DNA from: Priapulus caudatus
Lineage: Eukaryota
Assembly: GCF_000485595.1 (NCBI RefSeq)
Contig: NW_014577076.1
Location: 350,420-414,419 of the forward strand
Length of the DNA: 64,000 nt
Direction: 5' to 3'
Every line of letters begins with the position of its first letter. Within the stretch, counting starts at the first letter, position 1. The notes under the pieces were generated by a model. It was not told the DNA's origin. It searched no databases and worked only from the letters and a program-made list of their open reading frames with translations. A program made the translations under genes and the position numbers. Shown piece by piece: positions 24,801-36,759 of this stretch.

Positions 24801-27429
24801 TTCGACATCCCAACTCGTTTTGACAATCCCCCCCCAATGTGTCGAATATCGTGACCGTACGTTGAGCGGTTAAGATTTGTGCCTAACTGTTGACAGACGG
24901 ACGGACGGACGGACGGACGGNNNNNNNNNNNNNNNNNNNNNNNNNNNNNNNNNNNNNNNNNNNNNNNNNNNNNNNNNNNNNNNNNNNNNNNNNNNNNNNN
25001 NNNNNNNNNNNNNNNNNNNNNNNNNNNNNNNNNNNNNNNNNNNNNNNNNNNNNNNNNNNNNNNNNNNNNNNNNNNNNNNNNNNNNNNNNNNNNNNNNGGT
25101 GACAATTTTCTGGACATCTTTTCAGGCTCGAGTAGTATGCATCTTGAAATTTCCAACACCATCTGCATTGGCCAGGTGTGCGATGTTTTATTAAAGAAAA
25201 GTTCCAGGTCACCCCCGCAAGCCATCCAAGTAATGATTGCCGCCCAGTTTTTGCTACATTTCGGATGCCGGAGGCCATCACTAGCAATGACTAGGTGCTA
25301 TCATATATACAGATTGGCTTAGAAAATAATATCGATTTAAGGAGTGTAAACCTGTTCAAACAAACTTTTTGTCTTTTGGCAATTGGAACTGCAAATGTAG
25401 CCTCACATCCAACCACAGGTATGGGCTCTTAATAATACAAAACAGTTCCGTCCTTTGTTACAGTCACATAATCTATGTTTATTGCCTTCACTCTTCAAGG
25501 TCAAAGTTATCAGAACTTACTCTTCGCATGTCAGCGGAAAGTACATTCATGGTCCTCTTCAATAAAGCATAAAAATCGGTAGGTCACTGCTGAAACAAAA
25601 AAGTTTTTCAATCGCTCCGTCAGACCATGTCCTCAGAAAATGTCTAAAATCTTGTGCGCCCATGACCGTGACCTCCAATTTCTGGCACAGTGGTGCTTTT
25701 CCTACATGATGCTTATACACCTGCTACTCACGACCTAGGTCAAGCCGTTTAGCATTTGTGCTGCAATTCTGCATCTATCTCCTATACTTATATATTAAGG
25801 TGGGAAATTGGAGTGAATGTTCCCCCTTCTTTTACACCTCTTGACCTTTGACCTTTGACCCCCAGCTTCGACATCCCAACTCGTTTTGACGATCCCCCCC
25901 AACGGGCCGAATATCGTGACCGTACGTCGAGCGGTTAAGATTTGTGCCCAACTGTTGACAGACGGACGGACGGACGGACGGACGATCATGCGATTCTACA
26001 AGCTGCATCTGACTATGTCAGATGAGCTAATAAATACCCATTTATAAACACCCTCAGTTTATAGTATATTCTTTATAAGTATAAGTATTCCAATATAAAG
26101 TTTTTACAAATATGAAAAGTGAATATAGTTTTACCAATGGCCGTGTTATTAATAATACACTTAGTAGTTAGTACACGTATTAAATTAGCAATAGATCAAA
26201 CTTTATTTTCAAGAAAGAGAAGAGAGGAGACATTTAGTCATATTAGAGTTGTATTCTTTACTATTTCGCAATTAACGTTTCCTAATATAGTAATACAATG
26301 TAAAATATCTGTTCATGTGGTGATGCAACACAAGCAGCAGAATGATCTACCTGAGCACACGGAGTATTTTTTCAAGTTCTCGGACATTAGTGCTCTTTCC
26401 TATGTAGCCATAGTCAAGATGATCCAATGGAATATCAAGTTTCTCTCTCAGTGGTTGGTCTAGTTGCGAGTGATACCCTTGTATTGGCTCTTCTGTCACA
26501 CTCATTATGCCTGATCAGATCGACAGATGCTTCAACAGATGGACTTAAACCTGAATTGTAAACTTGCCACTTGGTCGTGCCGAGCTTGCAAACTGATAAT
26601 ATATATCTAGAAATATAAATTCTCAATGTCAATTACCAGGCAGATGTACTCACACGTCACATGTCAAGGCACACCTGCATCACCACGATCTAGCTCTAGT
26701 ACTATAGCCCACGTACAGTTGCCACAGGGCTATAGAACATTTTATGCCAGGTTTCGTAAGTGCACCTGTACCCCAATGCTTCCACGAAAAATGGCTCACA
26801 AAACGCAAAATGATCGGGCTTTTTAACACTTATTTATCTACATGGACATCTCACCTATATTTTTGAACACTTTCCGCAACTTTACACCATGTATTTATGC
26901 ATTTATTCCTCAAAGTACTAGCACTACTTGCGTTTCGTTTTCAAATGTTGTTGTGTACACGCGTGACGTCACCCAAAATGTAGACAAAACACATGGGCAG
27001 CTATGATGCAGCCTATTACATTTCGGGTGACGTCACGCGTGTACACAACAGCATTTGAAAACGAAACGCAAGTAGTGCTAGCACTTTGAGGAATAAATGC
27101 ATAAATACATGGTGTAACACTGTAAGGTTGTTGAAAGTGTTCAAAAAGATAGGTATGTAGATAAATAAGTGTTAAAAAGCCCGATCATTCTGTGTTTTGT
27201 GAGCATATAGCCACAAGCTCCCTTCTTGCTTAACACTACGTTGGCGAGAGGGTCACAAGCCGGCGCAATAGAATCGCGTTTGGCATGACCTGCTGCTATT
27301 AAACGTAAAATTATCTAACTTTTTATGATTCTAACCGCTTCTCTGTACTTCCACGCTGTTATATATCTCGTNNNNNNNNNNTATTGTTCTCTTTCTCTCT
27401 CTCTCTCTTTCTCTCTTTCTCTTTTTCTA

Positions 27430-27471
<42 letters not shown>

Positions 27472-30400
27472 CTCCCTCCTCTCTCTCTCTCTCTCTCCCT
27501 CTCTCTCTATCTCTCTCCCTCTCTCTTTATCTCTCTCTCGCGCCAACTCCTTCTCTCTTTCTCTCTCTACGTTGATCGCAGCACAGTGATCGGTCTCTCT
27601 ATCGAGCGAGATAGCGGCTCGCTGCTAGGGTAGATACGCGGCTCACAGTGATGCTAGCATATATATGCAGCGATCACAGAGGTGATCGTACGGATAGCGC
27701 CTGCTATCGATTCTCCTTCTTCCTCTCTTCGTCGTTCTCCAGCACACCACCGCACTCCCGTCCCGGTAGATCAGTTAGCAGCTGTCCACCTCTGCTATCT
27801 TCCGCCTGTCCCATGTTCCGAGAAGGTAGAGAGAAACGTCCCTGAGGAAACCGGGAGTGGGACAAGTGTCACGATATCTAGTCGCATCGATAGATCCACG
27901 CGTTCAGTGTGTCACCGGATCTGTGTCGCTCTTTGCAGCTCCCCGCCATGCACGTGCTGGTGGCGCTGCAGTCGGGACGGCTATCTGCTCGCTATCTGCT
28001 CGCTATCTGCTAGCTATCTGCTCGCTATCTGCACGCTATCTGCTCGCTATCTGCACGGCAGAACGTCACGTATAGGCGGCTGAGCGCGGGTAGACCGATG
28101 GAGACGTGTTAGCTCTTAACTCTCACGAGGGATGCCAGTAGAATTCTCACAGCTGTTCCGTCGCGTTGTCATCGTTATTGTCACATCCAGGGGTCGCCTC
28201 CGTTTGTGTCACATCCAGGGGTCGCCACCGGGAGCCGCCTGCCTTGACGCTGCTGCCTGGGTTTGCTCGGCGATGTTTGGGAAGGCTCGGAGCGACTCGG
28301 CTGCTGCGAGTACGGTGATGGAGATGCTTTGGCTGGTGCGCGCAGCTTTTCGCGGCAGTGGTGTTTGTTAATCCGCTCCCGCGCCGCACTGCATGGATAC
28401 TGGCTGCTGCTGCTGCTGCTGCTGCTGACTCCGTCACTCCGCACTCAGCATCGCACGGCCCTGCGTGATGTCTCAACCCGTGGTGGTGAGCAGTGCGCAT
28501 GCGCACAGCTTCTTCTAGTCTCGTAGCTGGGTAGCGACCGACACCATGCATCACTATGCGCATGCGCACACATCGTGTAGGGCGACAATTTAGAAATGAC
28601 ATGCGCGGCTGTCTGACATTCGCGGCTGTCCCCTCGCTACGACGCCGTGCATTTACACGTATGTGTCACATTGTCATTCGTGGGAGGGGACCATAGAACT
28701 ACCATAGAGTCTATATTCTATTCCAGTTCTATGGAGGGGACGTGGTCTTAATTAAGAGCGTATTAAAAAGGCGCTATTATTATTATTACCTTATTAATAC
28801 GTTCTTGTGTTTATCCACCGGCTGTTACACCGGCTGTTGCACCAGGGACGAGCGCGTTTTCGTGTATAAAACAGAAAACCTAAATTCTGTTAAAGCGATG
28901 CGAAGACTAGCGAGATATTTCTTCGCCCCCCCCCCCTCCTCCCGAGGAGTTCCGGATTTTCTCGGATGGTTAACAAATGTGCGGCGGGTCAGGCTGAGTA
29001 GTCTAGTCGCACTCGGAACAGTGTCCATGTTATATAGCATTAGGAGAACTGCGAGCGGAGAGAGAGCGCGCGCGTCTGCGTGCATGCGTGCATGCGTGCA
29101 TGCGTGCATGCGTGCATGCGTGCATGCGTGCCTGCGTGCATGCGTCTTAGTTCTAGTTTGATCATGATTGAGGAGTAGACTCGTGGGTGCACGGCCGCCG
29201 ACTATGCGTGAGACTGCTTGTGTATTTCTGTACGTGGAGGTCGATTGAACTAGCATCTCATTATAGATGCAGTTCAATTGGAGATGATTTCGAGTGCATG
29301 TAGCGATGGCTTCTATGCGCATGCGCTTATTAGTATACTCGTAGATAAAATCATTATTGCGAATTCCTGTATGCATTCCGGATTGCATAATTGGGTATTC
29401 GTGTGCGTGCATACGTGCGCATGTGTGCGCAGTGTGCACTAACGTCTATATATATAAATATAATCAGAAGTAGATGAATAGAGAGTCTATATATACCCAT
29501 ATACTCCTTTAATAATCAGAGCGTATGAAAATTCGAGATGCCTTTCAATAAACTAGCTTCCATAGAGCGTTAACAGCGTAACACATGCAAGCGTGTTTTC
29601 AGCGTTCCTGCGGAAGGACTGCATGAATGTGTGCATGCCAACATGGCAACACAATGCCAACATGGCAACACAATGCCAACATGACAACAGAATGCCAACA
29701 TGACAACAGAATGCCAACATGACACAGATGCTTACACGTAACTCACCGGACCGCTCTACAGCGCTACTACCTGCCCCACCCTATTATGCTTGCCCAATGA
29801 CATCTACCGGGGCAATAGAATGGACTGATTATATGTAAATTAACTGAAAAAATGCAAATATTTGGCTCATATTTTGGACGATATTCGTTACACGACGCAA
29901 CATTTTATGCGTTACGTTGACTGTAGCTACACTTTATTTAGCTACTCAGCCAGGTAGCTACGCAATCATCCATGTAGCTACTCAATCAACCAGGTAGCTA
30001 CTCAGCCAGGTAGCTACTCAATCAACCAGGTAGCTACTCAATCAACCAGGTAGCTACTCAATCATCCATGTAGCTACTCAATCAACCAGGTAGCTACTCA
30101 ATCATCCATGTAGCTACTCAATCAACCATGTAGCTACTCAATCAACCAGGTAGCTACTCAATCAACCATGTAGCTACTCAATCAACCAGGTAGCTACTCA
30201 ATCAACCAGGTAGCTACTCAATCATCAATATAGCTACTCAATCATCCATGTAGCTACTCAACCATCCATGTAGCCTCTCAATCATTCATGTAGCTACTCA
30301 ATCAACCAGGTAGCTACTCAATCATCCATGTAGCTACTCAATCAGCCAGGTAGCTACTCAAGTACCTCGGGTACATATCTGTAGTACCTGATACGACAAC

Positions 30401-33400
30401 CGACCCCTTGAGCCTTAATCTTGGTATCTGTTAGTAGCCGAGTGTTTACTTGTTCGAATTATCACCCTTACATATGGGTACAGTGTTAGAAATAAGGAAA
30501 AAATTAGCTTGTCCGACGGACAAGCTACAAGATATTTTTGCTTGTCATGATTAATAACATAGAAATATAGTAAATGTGTAATACATTTTTTTAATTTTAT
30601 TCCCGATATCTTACTTTGTAATTTTAATACAGTTCACTAACAGTTTAAATTAGGCACCAAAAATTGCTCTAAAAAGTTGCTCTAAAAAGCTGCTTGTCCA
30701 GCGGACAAGCTACTGGACAGGACCCGGTTCCACAGTCGTAAATTAACTAACCCTGAGTTAAGGCTAACTCTGAGTTAAACTCACTAACTCTGAGTTAGTA
30801 AACTCCGAGTTAAATTTGGGTTTCATAAACATGAATTAAATCCTGAGTTAAGTAACTCCGAGTTAAATTTGGGTTTCATAAACATGGATTAAATCTCGAG
30901 TTAAGTAACTCAGAGTTAAATTAGTATCCCATAATTCCACGTAGTTAGAACAGACGAACATGATAGACGCATGATAGACGCATGATAGACGCATATACGA
31001 TAGACGCACAAACATGGTAGAAGGTGTAATGAAAAAACGTTATAATGAAAACCGGCAGCGATAAATAAATGAGGGAAAATATTTTGCCAACCCTCGACGT
31101 TTGCGTCATTAGCACGACGCTTTAACAGCTGCGGCTATTGTGAAATCGCTAAAAACCGTACATTTTCCCGTATTATCACAGTACGGATGCAGTGAATCGG
31201 TGTTGGTACGCCATCAATGGCCGATCAATGTACAACAAACGTAAACAAACACCGTATGTTTCAGCGCCCACAGGTCTGATCGGACACGGGGCAGTACTAG
31301 ATAAACTAATTAGCTCTAGTACTAGTATTCTAGAGCTAAACTAACCTCGTAGAAATGTGAACTTAGTTTAGTAAACAGCGTAATTATTTGAAAGTAGTAA
31401 ATGGGCGCACTATTTCGTATCACTATTTTATCAAATTTCTCATGAAATAATGGTCCGACTTTTATTATCTTTGCAGCTTTTATAAGTAAACACCGTATTA
31501 CATAGGACAGGAGTAACGGGGTCGCTGGAAAACTTATAGTAAAAAAGCGTAAGAAATTCTTACGGAAATCAGCTTGTGGCAGTGGTAGAATTGGGCCAGA
31601 GCGAGAGCGCCATCTGTCGTGGAGTTTGCCTATTACATTTCGGGTGACGTCACATGCGTACGCGACAGCATTTCAAACGAAATTTGGGCCAAAGGATAGA
31701 GAACATGGGTCCCAATAAAACCAATGTGCCTAAACCTAACCATAATCCTAACCTGTAACCATAGGCATAACCCTAACCTATTATATTGATATAATATTAT
31801 ATTTATATAATAATTAATATTGATGTAAATCACTAAATGACATTGTCATTGGTTTTATTGGGACCCATGTTCTCTATCCTTGAACCAAAGTTAGTGAAAA
31901 AATAAAGAAAAGAAAAATTATTTATCGCCTTTTTGTGTTCATAAAATGTTAGGCTACAGATGTGGCTAAAACAGGAATCCAAATTGGCTAATAGTAATAC
32001 TAGTACTACTACTAGTAGTAGTAATACTAATACTAATAGTAATAGCACTAATACTAGTAATAGTAATACTAGTAATACCAGGAGTAAGATAATATAGATC
32101 TATATTATCTTACTCCTGGTAATACTAATACTAATAGTAATAGTAATAGTACTAATGCCATTAGTGGTAATGAAAATTGATTCTGGCTAATTGTTTGGCT
32201 ACAGAAAAAAAATCCTAGTTAGGGCCCCGAGTTATCATTACTATCGTATCAAAACAGTAGACAGCATTGAGGCAAAGCTATTTTAACGTCGGTCCCTCTG
32301 TATATTTTTGCTCATATTGCTAATGACACGGACACTCACCAAGTAACAAACAAATTTCAGACGGAGAGGAGAGGAGATGAGCGTCCAAATTGATGCTCAA
32401 TTGTTTTTCGTAGCATGCCACCTAGTGACGTTGTGTTTACCTGTTAACCCGTAATGTTTTCGTCGTGTTGTTTTTAGTTTACCTTTGGCTTTTGGAGTTC
32501 ATTGTTCTGGCCTACACGTACCATTTGTAGCATATATATAAGAAACATGACTCACTTGTATCTGATGTCTCATGTTTTTACCATATTTTTGGCGTTATGC
32601 GTCTTTTCTCCAACGTGCCCCGTTGAGTCGGTTGACGCAGGTAGATGATCATAGATGAAAGAGTAGTACTACTACTACTACTAGTACTAGTACTACTACT
32701 ACTACTACTAGTACTAGTACTAGTACTACTACTACTACTACTACTACTAGTACTAGTACTAGTACTGTAGTAGTAGTACTACTACTAGTCTACTATAGCT
32801 CTAGTACTATAGCCAGCGGATCGCTGCCGCAGGGCTATAGCACAGGCACCTATATCTAACACGATCCCCCAATGCGAGCACCGAAGGTGTGAGAAGGTAG
32901 GACACACAATTTCACGAATGTCCGATATCAATGAAAGTTTTTGATTCTCAATAAAAATATGCACATCCCCGTATTCCTACTTTGTTGTACTAACCTCCCC
33001 TGTATATGTTTGCACTGTCGATGATATTTTATATATATGCACCTAAGTTAATTCCTTATCAGTTGCATAAACATTGCAACTGCTAAAAGCGTGTGAAGGA
33101 AAACGTTCATTGTTCACGACCATGCAACTAATACTTTTTGTCATTAGTTTCATAATGACACTGGTCACTACTCCATTAGGGTTTTGATTTGGGTCCCAGT
33201 GCATGGTTACTATGGCGGGTTGGATATACATGCCCATTATTTATTTTGCTCAACAAAGTAGGCTGACTACTTGATAGTATGAAATTTGGTTGTTTCCAGA
33301 ACCCACTGCTGAGTGGCAGTGATCTTTCAACAGTTATTGGGCGTCCTACAGGTAGTTCAGGGTTTGATGACAGTGGACAACCAAGATACCAGACCAATAG

Positions 33401-35683
33401 ACGAACTGTATGTATTCCAAGCAAATAGACAGATATATGTTGAGTTTGGTTCAATCCATTGCTAATTATTCTTTGCTCCTAAAAACCCACTATTCACCTC
33501 ATGCCGTGTAAATTGTATTTTATAATGGATCAATTACTCATGTACCTCACCATCACCATGTGCTCATTTCCTGTTAGAATATTAATACCATGTAAAATAG
33601 GTCTGGTGACAATATGATGCATGTTGATAAGGTTTATTTTCACAGATGAACAGTTCAGACAGAGCCCTGCTGACAGCTTTCAGGGAAATCAGCAATATGG
33701 CCGACAGAATTAATTTACCCAGAACCATTGTTGTAAGTAAACTAAGTTAAGCCAAATCTTCAGTGATCCTCCGTGAGCAAGTTTACTATTAATAACAGAC
33801 TTATGGTTATCATATAAAGAACAAGCGAAAGATTTTTCTCAAAATTATTTCGTGTAATTATGGTTCTAAAATTTGCTGACATGTTGTCGCAAACCCAGTC
33901 TCCTAATTGCATATCAAAACAGACATTCACGTGAAAGTTATAGCATTTCTCTTATTTAGATAAGTCACATTACTTGCGAATTGTAATGCGACAGTTTGCA
34001 TGTCAGAATCATGTGATCATACCATTTTTTATCGGTTATTATTTACACATGATTCAATACCATAATTTACGTAATGACTCGTTTGTCATTGATCTAATTT
34101 GTTTTCTGCAAATACACGAGTTGGTCATTACTCTCTCTCAGGATAGGTCAAACACACTATTTAAGCAAGTTCACGACGGGAAGACGTTAAAGGGGCGGAG
34201 CAATGATGCTATTGCCTCGGCATGTTTGTACATAGCATGCAGACAGGAGGGGGTGCCAAGAACATTTAAAGGTGAATAGCTATTGTGCTTGTAACTAAGA
34301 CTCACTACTTTAGCTTGCAGAAGAGTGGGTGGTGATTATTACACATGAGATAGTAGTACGAATAAGTGAAGAAGGTATAGTATTCAGACACCAAATATTT
34401 CAAATGTACATGCAGTACACGTGTTGTGCTAGGTAGAAGTTGTCATCTTACTATGACGATGACTTACTATGACGCTTACTATGACTATATCTTCTTTCGG
34501 ACAGAGATCTGTGCAGTATCTAAGATTCCAAAAAAAGAAATCGGTCGATGTTTCAAGCTGATACTTAAAGCACTGGAGACCAGCGTTGACATCATCACTA
34601 CAGGGGATTTCATGGCAAGTATTGCACACACCAGTCGCTGAACACTTGACTAGCAAAAGTTCTGTTGTCTCAATAATATATCACTCCGTGTGTAACAATG
34701 GTCGTTTGTATACTGTCTGGAATGCATACTGATAGTTTGGTGCCATATTGTAGGTACTGCTGGGGTGGCAAGTCACTGTTATAAATGACATTACTGTCAC
34801 AGGATTTAGACCAATGATTGTACTTGGCAATTATTAGAATTTACAGGCTTTGTACGTTACTACGGTTACCAACGAAATCTTCGTTATTTCAGTCACGATT
34901 CTGTTCCAATCTGAGTTTGCCGACAGCCGTTCAGAGGGCCGCTACACATATAGCGAAAAAAGCTGTTGAATTTGATCTAGTTCCAGGGTATGTAAAAGCA
35001 TACGTAATGTCAAACATTCCATCAAGTGAAAATACATGCAAAGTAATGGCATCGTGTTACTCAGAATTTTATAATACTGTGTCTGTTATTAACTTCATTT
35101 ACACACACTCATTAACTCCTCCGCAGTTACTAAATTTATAGTAATTTATTGCTTCGTATTTTAGGCGAAGTCCAATCTCAGTTGCGGCTGCTGCTATATA
35201 CATGGCAACACAAGCATCAGAGGAAAAGCGAACACAAAAAGGTATGTAGAAATAATGTTATATTTGTATTTTTTTATACAAAATGTTGATGCTTAGGAAA
35301 TATGCACTTTTCACATTCATATGAACATAGTTGTCACTAGAAAATATTTAGTATATAATACTATAATAGCATTATCATGAATTTTTTTCCTTCATGTTTA
35401 GGTCCAAAAACGTTCAATATTCCCCCAGAATTTATAGAGGTGTTCTGCTTACACTATAAAATCGCTACGTTTGGGTGTGTAATTCTTGCATATATTTGGG
35501 ACTGGTTGCGAGTTGACACTTTCCTGACAAACGATGGCTTTTGTTGCAGAAATCGGGGACGTAGCGGGCGTGGCAGACGTCACGATCAAACAGTCGTACA
35601 AGCTCATCTACCCGCGTGCGCACGACCTGTTCCCCGAGAACTTTAAGCTTGCAACGCTCATAGATAAGTTGCCGCAGCAGTAG
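21803..35683 (+). CDS. GTF2B: Transcription initiation factor IIB; short first (ATG) exon not located
   Basis: Exons 21803-21910 (Zn ribbon CPHH..CAEC), 22415-22496 (B-reader [14 protein letters not shown]), 22885-22992 (repeated at 33300-33407), 33646-33732, 34142-34271 ([27 protein letters not shown]), 34505-34614, 34893-34987, 35165-35241 ([15 protein letters not shown]) and 35550-35683 ([27 protein letters not shown]). Very close to human TFIIB. AATAAA at 36260-36265. Confidence 0.97.
22613..23110 (+). repeat. ~500 bp direct duplication containing one TFIIB exon (second copy at 33028-33525)
   Basis: The ORF track gives identical translations at 22628/33043 and 22761/33176 (offset 10415). 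The sequences look identical by eye. Confidence 0.9.
23105..27200 (-). other. Second, deletion-rich copy of the SPAG1 5' region (~15000-19850) lying inside a TFIIB intron; probable assembly artefact
   Basis: Colinear with 15.0-19.85 kb. Contains readable SPAG1 exon 1 (26505-26351: [38 protein letters not shown]) and exon 2 (~23813-23654: [53 protein letters not shown]). Includes the N gap at 24921-25097 and an internal re-duplication at 25098-26030. Confidence 0.85.
27386..27568. repeat. (CT)n microsatellite next to an N gap
   Basis: Read directly. Other simple repeats: (CT)(AT)(GA) 5955-6022, (GA)n 13930-13984, (GCATGCGT)n 29078-29145, (TAG/TAA)n 31990-32155, (TAC/TAG)n 32662-32790. Confidence 0.9.
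29939..30360 (+). repeat. 20-bp minisatellite TAGCTACTCAATCA(A/T)CCA(G/T)G, about 20 copies
   Basis: Read directly. The units are contiguous with no unique spacers. A separate 20-bp repeat (ATGCCAACATG(G/A)CAACA(C/G)A, about 4.5 copies) lies at 29635-29725. Confidence 0.92.
31694..31879. mobile_element. MITE with ~32 bp TIRs and an internal CCTAAC-like tract
   Basis: GGATAGAGAACATGGGTCCCAATAAAACCAATG ... CATTGGTTTTATTGGGACCCATGTTCTCTATCC. Flanks TTGGGCCAAA / TTGAACCAAA. Confidence 0.7.
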
Positions 35684-36433
35684 GTGCCGCCCCCTAGTGA
35701 GAATGTGATCCTATTTCCCGCCTCGTGTTAGTGTCTCGAGGTTCACGGACCCATAACGCAAGAGTGACCGCAATAGCGCTGTCGTGCACTTGCCTCGCCT
35801 GCCTGCGAATATGACTGGGAAGATGTGAATGTCAAGTGGAATTGGATTCCGTCACCTGTGACGTGTTTGCTACGCGGACAATGGTGTCGACTCTTACACA
35901 AACTCCCGTGTTTGGTCTCATGACTACCCCGCATCGAACATCCCGGAAAGCATGCGTCAACAGACTTCCGGGAAGACAAGTCGTGAGGAAAACTGCTGCA
36001 ATAATGACACCTTTTATACGTTTCCTTTGTCACAGCTAGAAATGTGTGAGCTTAGCATAACAGCAAGAACAGTGTGTGTACATTCCTTAGACTTTATACA
36101 TGCGCAAATTATATTGTAAAAATGAAATTTACTTGTTACATGGTTGTGCTCATTAGTAAATTGTATTTTAAATCATACTGAATACAACTTACAATCACTG
36201 AAACTTGATGGAAACTATTAAACTATTCATTGTATTTGTAAAAAGGGACATGAAAATGTAATAAAAAAAATGATCAGCAGAAAACTGTTCCTTTATTTAT
36301 TTACATGCCTATTTACAGCTGCCATTCTCAAAGCGTTCACAAATCGTTTCAATGCCAGGGCATGATTAAAAATTATGTTATACACACCAAAGATTGAAGT
36401 GATTTTCTATATGCAATATCAGTTATATTAGTT

Positions 36434-36745
36434 CAGGTGTAGAAATTAACTTTTTAACAAGGGAGTCCAACCGGCTCCCTACCCTCAAAAAGAGGGAGTC
36501 CAGAGTCTGAAGTTCAAAATTACAGATATTAACAATAACGTTGCATTTTGCACATCTGCCAATTTTTCTTTGGTCATTTGCTGGGAAAATACGGTAATTC
36601 CGCGAGGCCTTGCTCTGGAACGAACTAGTTAGTTACTTACATTACTTTGAGGGAGTAACACAGACTCCTGCATATGTCAAATCGGGGCGTCCGACAGTAA
36701 ATCAGGGAGTATTTGACTCTGGACTCGCGTTAATTTCGCACCCTG
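36434..36745. mobile_element. TIR element with 6-bp TSD just downstream of the MED27 stop codon
   Basis: TTAGTT|CAGGTGTAGAAATTAAC ... GTTAATTTCGCACCCTG|TTAGTT, with subterminal GGGAGT repeats. Confidence 0.7.
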
Positions 36746-36759
36746 TTAGTTGGTCACAT

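Noticed and set aside
23567..26505. A nested SPAG1 paralogue inside TFIIB
   Set aside because: Introns and exons match the first copy apart from random indels, and it contains an N gap. It is better explained as an assembly duplicate.
27325..29439. Multiple 60-200 aa ORFs
   Set aside because: They derive from simple repeats or GC-rich low-complexity DNA, with no recognisable domain or splice structure.
29939..30360. Regular 20-bp repeats as a CRISPR array
   Set aside because: The units are contiguous with no unique spacers, there are no cas genes, and the context is eukaryotic. This is a minisatellite.
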